From contig JALMLS010000085.1 of NCBI GenBank assembly GCA_038496445.1, forward strand, positions 62,001 through 126,000: 64,000 nt of DNA, in the 5' to 3' direction. The translations under genes and the position numbers were made by a program. The notes beneath the pieces are model-generated. The model searched no databases. It saw nothing but the letters and a program-made list of their open reading frames with translations, and was not told where the DNA came from. This stretch comes from Trichosphaerium sp. ATCC 40318. Lineage: Eukaryota > Protista > Tubulinea. Shown here piece after piece: positions 1 to 12,152 of the stretch (positions are counted from its first letter, which is position 1; the number at the start of each line of letters is the position of its first letter).

Positions 1-410
1 TAGCTTGTTTGCTTATAATATTCGCATGCCCAGCAGCTAGTTCTGAAGAAGAGGAGGAAGCTTGCTTAGGAAAATGGTGTTCAACATTGTACTCAAAGGA
101 CGGAAGGACTTTTTGTGGGGATAGGTGGGCTCGTGCCCTAATAATTTCTCGAATGTACGTGGATAGACATTGTTTGTATGCACCGATGGCCTTACTCCAA
201 GTAGCATGCTAAAGTTAAACTGTCACAAAAATGTAAACGGTGCAATAAACGAACTGTAGGTGGGAAGAAATGCAATCACAAAGAAGCCACATTTCCCAAC
301 ACTCTTATCTCAAAATACGAGTGTAAATGATTTTGTACAACCTAATTTAAATGCAAGAAAAAAGGTATTTTGTTTAAATGTATCTCAACCTGACATGGTC
401 TTGGATCATG
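1..410 (-). CDS. Hypothetical protein, 5' part, runs off the window start
   Basis: Open minus-strand frame over 1-209 (HATWSKAIGAYKQCLSTYIREIIRARAHLSPQ...) preceded by an AG acceptor; upstream exon structure uncertain. Confidence 0.3.
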
Positions 411-551
411 CTGTAGTTGTACCCAAAGACGTGTGGTTTATTAGTTTTTCAGACAGAAAGAGCTCTTTACAATTTCAACGCGTATATGTCTACACGTGGC
501 AATGACTTAATCGACTTGTCTGGCTTGACTAGTTAGTTTTTTCAGAGAAGC

Positions 552-1109
552 ATGGCTTCTTCAACACCTCTACCACAGTACTATTTCGGCTTTGGCTCCA
601 ACCTGAATGCCTCTGCAGTTACGGCATGGTGTAAAAAGCGCAGAATGAAGGAGATACGGCTAACATACGTCTCGAATGGCTGGCTGGACGGCTATAAGCC
701 TAGATTTACAAATACGACTACAAATAGTGTTAGAATGCGCGTTTAGATGATTTCTAATAGCAAACAGGGTTTTGACAAGCCAGGATACTTAGATATTGTT
801 GAAAGTAGCGGCGAACGCGTTGAAGGCGTCATTTATAGTATCTCCGAAGCAGAAAAGGCGATTCTTCGTAAAAAAGAAGTATTCCCAACCATGTACTTAG
901 AACGATCTTTAGAAGTTACTGCTACTGATGGTAAGCGCTACACGTGCGTTGTGTATCAAATGAACATGCCTCAATCAATTGACATCCCGCCTTCCTCTCG
1001 ATACAAGCAAATCTTGATTGAAGGTGCAAAGGAAATGAACCTCAGCGCGGAGTACATAAAATGGCTTGAAAGGCAGCCAGTAAAGGTCTATGAGAAACGG
1101 AAAAAATAA
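552..1109 (+). CDS. Gamma-glutamylcyclotransferase (GGCT/AIG2-like) family protein, 1 intron
   Basis: YFGFGSNLN, VEGVIYSI, L.KKE...Y and PPSSRYKQILIEGAKEMNLSAEYIKWL motifs; the in-frame TAG at 744-746 lies in a short intron. Confidence 0.85.
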
Positions 1110-1331
1110 ATAAAAAACTATCACGTGATTGTGTTGCACATTGCAAATACAGATCCGTTGTCTTCTTCTGTGACATATACGAGGTCATATATCATTGTAA
1201 GAAAGCCGTGGAATAAAAGAAAGAGGTCGCATTGCTGTGTAGGCACTTCACAATCGGTGTTATTACAGCCAACAAAAAAAACTATCAAAAGTCAGAAAAC
1301 GTCAACTTTGTTGTTGTTTTGGCTTTGCGCC

Positions 1332-4300
1332 ATGGCTCTAGGATGCCTCGGCTTATTTTGGGCTTTAATAAAGCAAACGTTAACGCAAATAAAAGCGAAA
1401 AAACTGAACGCTTGCTTGGGATTTTCAGCATGTTTAGTTGTTATCTTTACAGTAGCTCTTTTAATGTCTGGTACTCTTTTTCGTACCCCATGTTCCCAAC
1501 TAAGTTTAAAACCATTCTAGTGCTACAAAAATCCCCTCTTATATTTCTACGATTGTCTGAACTTAGTAACGGGTACGCTTTGTCACGTGGGCTGGAATAA
1601 AACTTGTAAAGATTAATTTTCTTTTCAAAACGCAGGGAAATTGATGTAAGGTTAAAGCCGAATACAGATAGTGGCGCTGAACGCTTGAATTATACAGTAA
1701 TTGAGAAAACACTATCAGATACATCCATTAAGCTTCATTCTCCAAGATTACGACTAGATAGTGCCGGGTTGTTTTTATGGAAAGATTGTGCGTATAAAAT
1801 CAAAAAAAATTACCTCTTTGTAACACGTGTTTTTAGGTAATCCCGGTGGAAACTTTGAGTTCGTTGTTTTACCATCATCTCAATCAATAACTCAGTTCTT
1901 AGTTCCTTATTATGGATATATGGCATGGGAAGAAAAGCTTGTACTATGGAAAAAGGAGGATGTATTCATGATAAATGCGATGCCTCGGGCGCCGTGCGTA
2001 GAGCTGGTGCAACATTAGTTTTAATAACGAAAATTTACAGGTTACATTGATGGTATTGTCTACGACAAAGGAGAATAAAATGAATGTTCCAGCTGACTGG
2101 GATTTACCACCTTTATCAAAAGGGGGTGCTTATATGCAAGATAACGTAATGGATAGTCTTAACGTCAAGGTTGGTGATAAAATTATAATCGAAGTTAACT
2201 TGCCAAGCTTGATTCCAAGGTTTGACTTTTTTGTTAAAACACCATCTTACTCTTTGCTTTAAAGCAAACATTATTATGATATTGCAGCTGGTCACAAAGG
2301 ATATAAACCATCAAAACAAGATGTCTACAATATTGGATCTATAGCGTATGTACCTCTAGAAGTAAGAGGGAGGTTCAAGAAAGACGGAAAATTCGATTCA
2401 GATATGAGCGATGGTATGCCATTTTGATTTAAAACGCAATGTGTATTAACATCTTCTAGCTGTTATCGTTGATATCGACTCTTTGATGGAATCTGTTGCG
2501 TTTAATATGCACCCCATTGTTCCTGCCAAGTCACGTGCGCGTATAGCTAATATATCCCTACAAGGCTACGCCAACTCTGTGATTGTAAACATGGAGAACA
2601 GAATGGAAAAATACATTGATTCTAATTATGACAATGTTCAAAAAAATGTAATACCATTTTCCAACTCACTTATCTTTGAACTTGGACTACTTAAGGTACC
2701 AAGAACGTTTACACGGCCCCATTATACTAACTCTAACCGAGCTCGACGTGGAATTACCTGTATTACAAGGAGTGAGTAATAGTTGTGTTTGGGTGTATTT
2801 TTTAGCTTACTTTTTTATAGTTGTTTGAAACAAGATTTATGCTGTTGTTTCTTGGGCTTGTACTTGATCTCATATTATTCGTCTTATTATCTTTATCCAT
2901 CCTCCTCATTTATTCTCTCTTGATGATAAGCGTTGAGACAAGAACGTTCAACCTAGGTGTCATGCGGTAAGTGTTCTTAGTGGAAACAATTTGCTGATTT
3001 TGTGAAGGACTCTTGGCACAACAAGAATTGGTGTTACAATTCTAATTCTTATTGAAGCTTTTATGTACAGCATACCTGCTTGGTTTGCCGGTATAGCTCT
3101 TGCACGTGTAACAAACTCGCTATTGATGTATTTACTTGGCAACGCTATACACGTTAAGCTCGACAGGTACAGACTGAACAAAAAGTTAAAATATTAAACT
3201 GCTTTAAAGCGCTTTGAGCTGGGCAGGTATTGGTATGGCGATTTTCTTGGGCACTGTCATACCCGCACTATCTTCGCTTCTTCCTATACAAAGAGCTTTA
3301 TCTAATAACCTAAATGCACGTGATTTATACTAGTCAAAAACTTATCTCAGCTCCTGACTTTGGGTTTATAGGATTCACTTGATGTTAAGCGTTCTAAAAC
3401 AAAAGCAGTCAAAGTAACAATATCAAGATCAGAGAACGCAGGCGCAATTAATTGGGCTTCTGTTGCCTTTGGTGGACTTTTAGCTCTCTTTGGGTTAGCT
3501 GTACGTGTTGACACTAAATACGTACAGAGGCATATGTTAACACAACGTGCTAGATATACTACCTGTTCCCAGCCGCCTTGTTGAGTTTTAACTTGGGACT
3601 TCTTCTAAATGTACGTTTTTTTTGAAGCTTTTTTTTTCACTTTCCACGTGCCTACATGTGTTTTCTTTTGTGCTTGTTTAATTTGGGTTAGATATTCTTT
3701 GCATTGCTTGCTGGTATGATGGTTGGACTAACTATATTGGCGTTGAATCTGCAGAGTATTGTTGAAAAAACTATACTGGCATTTGGATTTTTCTGGGACA
3801 ATAAGTCTGTCAGGATTGTTGTACAGAAAAACTTGGTTGCTCATAGAGAGCGTAATAGAAAAACATCTATTATGTATGCTTTAAGTCTAGGATTTATAAT
3901 CTTCATCCTGGTACGTTTATAAACGATCCAACAGACAAGATGATCAAACCAAAGTGCTGACAGTTAAAAACCAAAGGTTGCCTATCAGGTTCAGGTTATG
4001 ACATTTCAATATAACGAACAGCAAATCAATGGAGGTACTTTGCATGTTCAAACAAAAGATCACGGGAAAGTACGTGTAGATTGAAGATAGCTGATCTAGA
4101 AAAATCGAAAACACTTTTTTCATGTTGTTTTCTTTTGGCAGAAACTTCCCTAGAAAAGTACTTTTATGAAAGAGTTGCTGTTGTCAAACCACCTTTAGTA
4201 AATTTTTAATTTTTCTGTATAGGGCGTCAAAGGAATTCAAGAGCTTGATGAACTTGTTGATGATGCAATTGTTGGCAGAACGTGGATAACTAAAAAAATG

Positions 4301-5735
4301 AATGAGTTTCAAATCTACTTTAAGATAGAGAATCTGGGTCGATACTTTTCAGAAACGTGCGTTTATTAGTTTTTCTTGAATGACACGTGAATAATATAAT
4401 CATTTTTAACGGTTTTCTATTTTTAGGATACACGTAAGAGGAGTACCACCCAACTTTTTTAGGGAAACAAAAGGAAGTTTAGAAGATAAAGATTCCTTAT
4501 TTAGATCAACCTACATGCCAGACTGGTTGTACTCTCGCCATGGTTCAAGCGGTGCTATGATTAGCTCTTATACAGCTAAAAATGAGATATTTATTGACGC
4601 CAACGGAACTTTCTCTGCGCTTGTACGTACCCATGACGTTTGTTTTTCCATCTTTTTGCGTTTTTTTTTTCGTTTTTAATTGAAATGGTAGAGCACTAAA
4701 GAGCTTGGGAAAGATGTTGGTAGAGCTTTCGAAACAAATGAAAATAGAGGAAAGAGTCACGTGCTCCGTGCAGGTGGTATATTCGACACAGCTCCTGTTT
4801 TATTCTTTACAAAATACCCAACACTTTTGTAAGTTTTCTGTTATTGCTTTTTGATCTTTTGTCTTGTGTATGTATTTGCTTAAGCTCTATTTTTTTAGGC
4901 TTAATCCTGATATTGGTGTATCATTGCCTACATTTATGAGAATGAGTGATGGTAAATTCAAGAGCGCTGATGAAGTACCAATTGACAAGTATATTTTCAA
5001 AACAAAAAAAGGAGCTTCTAATTCAGATCTTGATCGAGTACGTACTCTAATACATGTTTATTCAACCTTTGTTGATACTGATTATTATAAAGGTTAAAGG
5101 TAAGATACAGGCAATCATATCGAGATATAAAAACCACAAACTATGGGATATCAGGTAAGCAAAAAAGTGTTCATTAATTTTCTTTTTAACTAAGTTTTTA
5201 GAGACGAGTTGAAGCCTTTTGAAGCTGCAACAACTGCTCTCAACTACTTTTTCACATTTACGACAATAGTAGCTATGGTAGTGAGCTTCTTTAGTTTACT
5301 ATCGAGCATGTTCACAAACATATACGAACAAACAAAAGAAATAGCAATCTTGCGTGCAATTGGAGTTAAAAAAAGTCTAATGTACCGTATCTATGTCTAT
5401 GAAGCGTTCATTATAGTTCTATCTGCTTCTCTACTGGGTATCGGTATAGGGCACGTGACATTTATTAAAATATGTACTGTTACTCACGCTCTACGTTAGG
5501 TTTGTTCTAGCATACGTAATGACTATCCAAAGAGTACGACAAGCAGTAGAAAAGAAAGAAAACTGATTTTTGACTAGGCGCTTTTCACTGGTTTACCTAT
5601 CCCTTTCGTATTTCCTTGGTTCATAGTGGGCATTGTATTTGCAGCATCAATGGTATTTTCGGCATTATCAGCGTTATTTCCAATATACAGAGTTCTACAA
5701 ATGAGCATTGTCTCAATTTTTAGGATATTGTCATA
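1332..5735 (+). CDS. FtsX/MacB-type ABC permease-like multi-pass membrane protein, about 19 introns
   Basis: Spliced product contains KSPLIFLRLSELSNGEID, YSLLMISVETRTFNLGVMRTLG, NLVAHRERNRKTSIMYALSLGFIIF and FTNIYEQTKEIAILRAIG (two FtsX-like halves); ends RILS-stop. Confidence 0.85.
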
Positions 5736-6106
5736 ACCAAAGCATATTTTCCAAAAGGGACACAGCCTAAACGTCCCACGTGATTTAAATAAAATATTGA
5801 ACCTACCCTAATGCTTTTATACATAGTCCGGACTTAGCCTAAAAATAGACAGTTTTTGGTTGGAAAAACCGTCAGTTCTTTTTGCGTAACACAAACGGTT
5901 TGGCCTTCTGTCACTGAATTATTTTCATAGCTAGGTATGTGATGTAGACATTGAGAAAACAAACGAACATCAATACAACGAGGTAACGTCCATAAAGTGC
6001 CAAAAAGTTGAGAAAAACTCTAAGTCTGCACATCAATTCAATGAAAAAGAAAACCGAAGGAGAAGTTTCGGTTAAACATAAATAACAAATCAACAAATAC
6101 AATACA

Positions 6107-6949
6107 ATGCAACAACAATACAATAACTCAAATTCTAACGTAAACATATGGCATATAAGCGATACGCATGCTATTACAGGCACAATGATATCGGAACTAG
6201 TACATATCATCAAAGCTTCAAAATCAGATAAAAACATACTTATTCACTCCGGAGATGGCACCAACCACGGGACTGTCGAAGAACTAGAATCTTTAAATAG
6301 AGACTTCGCCAAAATACGTTCAGCACTACCTAGCATAACTATTCTGTTCGTTATTGGCAACCACGACTTGTTTTCTGGACTGGATTACTATACTATACAA
6401 AACATAATCAATAACGCTTGTGTTCTTCTTAACAAAGGTGTGACGGTACATGGTTTAAAGATTTACGGCAGTCCTTGGCATCACAATCATTATTGGGACT
6501 ACAGGTTCAAAAAAGGAGAATCTAGAAACAACATGGGAACGTACTACGATTGCTTTAACATCCCAGAAGGCTTAGATGTTTTGATAACACATGGACCAGC
6601 TTATGGCGTACTTGATGCTGCCGATGGCTACGACGACAACCACAGTGGGTCTGTGGTGCTACGGGAAGCTATTGATAAACTAAAACCAGGACTTCATTGT
6701 TTTGGTCATATACATGAACAAAATACACGTGGTGATGTTGGACAGATTGATCCAAGTGGGTATAAACATAACGAAGGTGGTATCTTTAAAGGAGAACATA
6801 CTTGTTTTGTTAACTCTGCAATGTCCGGTAGATGGGACAAGCGTCATGCCTTGTTAAATGATTTTCATTTAATAGAGGCAATCCGTACTAAATCTGGTTG
6901 GAATTTTAATGCACGTGCCATGAGAAGACATACCACCAACAACAAATAA
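6107..6949 (+). CDS. Calcineurin-like metallophosphoesterase (MPPED/239FB-like), intronless
   Basis: ISDTH, IHSGD, GNHD, ITHGP and FGHIHE motifs. Confidence 0.9.
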   Translation: MQQQYNNSNSNVNIWHISDTHAITGTMISELVHIIKASKSDKNILIHSGDGTNHGTVEELESLNRDFAKIRSALPSITILFVIGNHDLFSGLDYYTIQNIINNACVLLNKGVTVHGLKIYGSPWHHNHYWDYRFKKGESRNNMGTYYDCFNIPEGLDVLITHGPAYGVLDAADGYDDNHSGSVVLREAIDKLKPGLHCFGHIHEQNTRGDVGQIDPSGYKHNEGGIFKGEHTCFVNSAMSGRWDKRHALLNDFHLIEAIRTKSGWNFNARAMRRHTTNNK

Positions 6950-7077
6950 ATAACAATTCCAACAACTGATGTGACTTTATTTTTTTTTCTTTTCCTATTA
7001 AAACCTAGAGCCGGCATACTTGGCATAGTTCGTCCTCGCTTGCCCTGTAAAGGATATTAAAGGTTGTAGGCTCTTTT

Positions 7078-8137
7078 TTACTCAGTAATAGCTGCTTGTT
7101 TATAGCTATCAAACACTATCATTTTAAGCTCGTCAACTGACATTGATTCTATTTGTAGCTTTTTGTTCGCTATTTCTATGAACAAGATCAACTTTTTGTT
7201 TTCGGGTTTTACTATTAATTCTTCCATTTCACGTACTTCTGAGAATCTTTGCAGGCACCATCGATGTTGATAGTGGTATTTCCAACACAGAGCAAGTTTC
7301 AGTCTTTACATAGTAGATGTAATTCTTCTAAGGAACAGTCAATAGGCAACAAATTGTCAAGGTGGCTTCTAAAATTTTTCTTACTGCCTCTTCATCTTCA
7401 CTATCTGAGTCATGTGTTGAACTACCTTCCCCGTCTGAGTCAGTTGAAGTATCTCCAAGATCTCCAGTGTCTGAGTCACTTATTGAAGTGCCTTCGCAAT
7501 CAGAGTCATGTGTTGATATGTCTTTGTTGTCCGAGTAAGGTGGTACCATGTCTTCCATATCACAACGCCCACTAGTTTCATGGTACATGCCACCACGAAG
7601 ACGTAGTACCATAGTAAGCTGGGGACCAGTATATAGCCTCCCTGCTCTACGACTAAGAAGGGCACCTGCGGCTATCCGTTCATCGATAAGATCCCTGTAG
7701 GAAACGCGATAATTCTAGTTATCTTTTTACCTGTTAACCCTACTTCTTGCATCGTATCATTATCCGTTAATTGTCTACCTGTGTTTCGTAAGCTATGATG
7801 GCAGTAACGCTAAAAAAGGTAGGCACCGAAATAGATAAGACGCTGTTGGTCGAAAGGGATCCCCACTTCTTCGTAGATTAAATTTTTGAGCTCTTCAACA
7901 GTATTGGAAGGTTCAACTTTAATCCATATTTTTTTCCCTGTTAAAGTCCCCTTTGTGCTTGTTAACTCTATTGCCACATTTGATTTTTCGTACGATAATG
8001 ATGGAGTGGCCTAGCGGAAAGTCTGATGCTTCTTCACTCTCTTTTGGCTTTTGCACGTGCTCTTCTGACTTGGTTATGTCTTTAGCATGTGATATCTTCT
8101 TTTTAGATCTCGACTTACGTCTTAATACATTACCCAT
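7078..8137 (-). CDS. Ubiquitin-like domain fusion protein with N-terminal MG/polybasic leader and acidic C-terminal extension, about 5 introns
   Basis: Spliced: MGNVLRRKSRSKKK...IIIGTLTGKKIWIKVEPSNTVEELKNLIYEEVGIPFDQQRLIYFGRQLTDNDTMQEVGL...MVLRLRGG-MYHETSGR; the 3' exons are less certain. Confidence 0.75.
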
Positions 8138-8523
8138 GGCGGTACAGGTGTTAGCTTGTATCCAACTGGGTTTTTTTTGAAAACAGCTGTTTCGTTGAAC
8201 TATAACGGGTAAGTTCACTGGTGCACAATTGTAGCCAGGCGACAACTGTCTTTTCAAGCCCTTATCTGTCTTTATGAGACTTGTCAAAGGATTTTTGGGT
8301 TCGTTCTTTGTAACTAGATCGTTTAGTAGATAATTTAATTCGGGGCATCTCCCGAGCCATTCGCATCCTAAAAGCAAAAAACTGTAGCTTGATATCAAAA
8401 AAATATGCTTGTAAAAGAATCAAGTTTGCAGACGAATATTGGCTGCTTAGTAATGCTCTCGCGTTAAGAATGAACACTATGAGTATCCGAAAACAGTTGT
8501 ATTCACTATTCATGACTACAAAA

Positions 8524-8665
8524 ATTCAGTAAGCATTGCTGTACGTAGAATAGTGTATTGGTTACCACAGTGTACACTGAAGCATTGTATGCTGTCACTA
8601 GTTCCCTTTTGGTCGTACAGTCACGGAAGATCAAGAAGTGCTAGTGCGGAATCTTCGGTCTCGTT
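8524..8665 (-). repeat. Dispersed repeat, inverted copy of 20067-20216 (degenerate gene fragment)
   Basis: Shared AACGAGACCGAAGATTCCGCACTAGCACTTCTTGATCTTC and GTGGTAACCAATACACTATTCTACGTACA; this copy has a frameshifting deletion. Confidence 0.85.
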
Positions 8666-9252
8666 GACATACGGTTTTGCCGCCACAGTGAACAGTCAAT
8701 AATTAGCATTTTGATGTTGTGTTTTACGTTACTTGGCAGAAGTCTTAAATCCAGGGAATAGGTCTAACTTAAAAAACCACCATCGCTTAGCGTATTCAAT
8801 TAATTAGAAGAGTTACGCTAATTTAGTTGTGATTGGTTGGACAAAAGAAGATTTTGCGTGCAATCATGAGGTGAGGTTCAAAAAATAACGTTTGAAACAT
8901 ACACGTGCTTCGGGTACGTTGATAAATCGTACTATGTGCGTTTTTCTCTGAAATGCGAATATTAAGTCCAATTACCGAGCTTGGTACTGTCGTGGCTTGT
9001 CCATCACAGTTTACAAAAAGCGTGATATTATATAACCAGTTACTACCCATAACGAAAACCGAAAACCAACACCAAGCTTGGTTTTTCGCTTTTTTTTTTT
9101 TGGTTGAAAAGAAAAACGTGTCCTTCAGAACTAACAACATTTCTACATCTCATTACCAGCAATGTCATTCAACAAACCCGTCAAACAAATAATTTTTGCC
9201 TGACCCGAAAATGATACACAAACTGAATCAACAATCAACAAGTGTTACCACT

Positions 9253-11251
9253 ATGATTACATCTTCTCTACGGTACATAAACAATCATTCTACCCTTTAC
9301 ACTAACTCTATACTACAGACTACTATTGCTCGTCTTGGTTTACTTTGCTTTTACTACCATCGCCGGTTCTTGGGTTCCTTGTGCCGATGAAGGACAGCAA
9401 TGTAACCCTCCTCCAAGCCTTGTGGCTCCAAGCGTTTTGATGAAACTTACCGACCCTCAAACAAACGACGCATCCTTTGTTGTTGTTGCTTCTACCGAGT
9501 TCAGCTGTAATTCAGACGAATTTGGTGATCCCAAACATGGGTCTTCTAAATCTTGTTTCTTCTACACCTCACCATCAACACTGTATCATGGGACCTTCAC
9601 TAATCAATATAACAAGTGTTCCGAGGACGCTTGGTGTGATTTGAACCTCCAAGGGTACCGTCAAGTTAAATTCACTTCAGATGATGGACGAGCGTCTTTT
9701 GGCTTTGTACGGGGTATTTTTTACTGCGATCGACATGCCTTTGGTGATCCTGCGGATGGAGATACCAAGCACTGTTGGGTCTCTGATAACCCAGTTACTT
9801 TCCTAGAGGACGCAACGTTTACCCATTGTGCTACGGAGCACTCTGAGTGTGTTCTTCCTGGAGACCAAACACAACTGTATTACGTCAAGTACGGGACCGA
9901 CCACGCCCAGGATTCTGTCAGACTATTCACTGGGGGGAGCACTATCAGGTGTAGTGATGAAGGAGGTTGGCCTGAACCAGACAGCACAAGGCTAAAGTAT
10001 TGCTCGTATGTTAAAGCGAAATCGACAGTTTTGGTAACTTTAGAAAAAGGCAGTTGGACACCTGCTGCGAGCTGCTTTGGTGCTTCAGAATGCTCCACCT
10101 CTCTGAACGAAGGTGTTACTTCTTCTGTTACTCATACAAACGAAGAACGACACTCCTTTTCTGTAGCCCTTGCAAAGCAATATGGCACTAAAGAAATAAC
10201 GTTATCATACACTGGCGAGTGGTCTAAGATCTACACTCACGCATGGGAGAAAAGTTTTGACAAGTCTTGCGATGCCACTTGTTCAATTGATAGTGGGTAT
10301 ACGTCATACACAATCTGGCAGAGGCGAGATGATGCTGTGGCTTCAAATTGGGTCAGTTCGCATCTAGGGAACAATGATATTACCGCTTACTCTTGTGAGT
10401 ATGTTTGTATACCAATGCTTCCTGGACTTGAACACGGACCTGCTTGCAATGGAGGTGCAGCCATTTGTACGAACAAATGGTGTCAGTATCCATGCCGAGG
10501 AATGATGCGGTTAATAACTGGGCCGACTCAAACTCCGACTTCAGAAGAACATTGCCTTTCTCTTGCATCGTATGCAGATTCGCTACAGTACATGGATGGC
10601 AACCCTGCGCGACCAGCCTGGAACAACAACTTTCTCTGCTGGAGCAAACAATTTGCGGACGCTAACGAGTTTGAGATCTTAGGGGAAGTGTCATACGTAA
10701 ATGAGAAATGTATCGATGTTGATGAGCAAGAGCTTGCGTCAACAAGATCTAAGCTTAAGCTTTGTTGGAGCGACAAGCTGCATAATCAGTACGCCTTCAA
10801 GTTCGTATCAGATTGGTCTGTACTCTCTGAGGAAGGCTGGTATTGTATACCTTTTGGAGACGAGGAAGAAGGACACACAGCAAACAACAGACTGTGCATA
10901 AAACCGAAACTCGTATACCCAAGTGCTATCACCGAAAAGTTGCCCTCAAAAATACCTACTGGCAACGCTGATGTTTTATCTGCTACTGTTGTAAGTGGAT
11001 GGGCTGTTGATCCGGATGACTTGACATCAGAACTAGAGATTAATGTCTACAACAGAACAGCTCATGGTTTTGAATTGATAGCGCAAGGTTTAGCAAATCT
11101 TCCAAGCGCAGATCTGTACACCTCGTTTGGTATTCCTGGAAATCACAGGTTCTCGATTCCAATCAGTGTTCTACAAGGCGATTCAATTGAAGTCTGGGCT
11201 ACTGATGCACAATTTAATGGAAACGCACGCATTGGAAGCTCTCTAGTATAA
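9253..11251 (+). CDS. Secreted Cys-rich multidomain protein (FGDP-type repeats, putative beta-pore-forming segment, bacterial-type C-terminal domain)
   Basis: ATG at 9253, one 5' intron (9273-9318), signal peptide MITSSLRLLLLVLVYFAFTTIAG; three C..E...C...C...FGDP..G..K.C-type repeats (third degenerate). Confidence 0.75.
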
Positions 11252-11449
11252 CCTGTACAGCAATAAATTTGCCCTCTATAAAAGTCTTTGTTGTACACAA
11301 TTTTTTTCACCTTGATATTAAAATTGATAGTAACAACACAGTTAGGCCCAACCTGACAAGACCTCCACTTGTGGTCCATATTTTGTCTGCCAAGAAGAAA
11401 TTAAAAAAATTTATTTACATTTTGCAATCATTTCCGCCAGTAACGATTA

Positions 11450-12152
11450 CTAGTCTTTGTTAACAGCTAAGGTCGCCAGTAAAGCATTTAAAGCTTCCTT
11501 AGCTTTCTCATGTTCTATCCTAGTTCTCTCATATTCTGTGTACAGAGTCTGTAATTTAATCATAACATTATTTGACTCTTGCATTTTTTTCTGTAACGCT
11601 TCTTGCTCATTCTGTAACTTTGACAGTGCTTCCTTGTGCCTATCTTGAAGTGGGCTATTCTCTGATGCTGGTTTAATGTCTAATGCTTTTATAGAGTTAA
11701 CTAAACCAAGTGCTGAGGGTTGTCCGAAATCAAGAATATTAGCTCCAGGCTAAGGACTCCAACATTAGTTTTCTTGTCTCATGTCTGATTGTCTCCACGC
11801 ACCTTTATTTGGCTTACGCAGGTAGTTATAGATGCATCAAATGGTGCGGTTGGCTTGATTTCGCTGTTCTCGCTGTTTAAAGATAAAGTGTTCATTTGAC
11901 GCGTTTGATCGCTTGATGCTTGGGTTGTTGTTTGTTGAGGGTTGTTTGTAGACGTTTCGGCATTTAGTTCTTGTTGTGAGGATGGTTTAGAGCGTTTTTT
12001 AACCTTACGCACCTTCTTCTTGCTTTATACGTTGGTTAAAACAGTATTTAAATGAAAAACACAGATTATATTAGAGAAACGTACTGCGGTTGTTTAGTAG
12101 TTCGGACATCTGGTGGTACGCCGTTTGCAGGTAGATCGGTGAAGTGCAACAT
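11450..12152 (-). CDS. Hypothetical protein with C-terminal coiled coil, 2 introns
   Basis: MLHFTDLP...; GT-AG introns restore the frame; heptad-rich C-terminus (HKEALSKLQNEQEALQKKMQE...). Confidence 0.6.

Noticed and set aside
744-746. TAG readthrough or alternative genetic code joining ORFs 552-746 and 747-1109
   Set aside because: A short intron removes the stop, and TAA, TAG and TGA all terminate other genes in the window.
9880-10901. Short alternative-frame and antisense ORFs inside long genes (also at 49-50 kb and 60 kb)
   Set aside because: They are shadows of the real CDS and of repeat periodicity.
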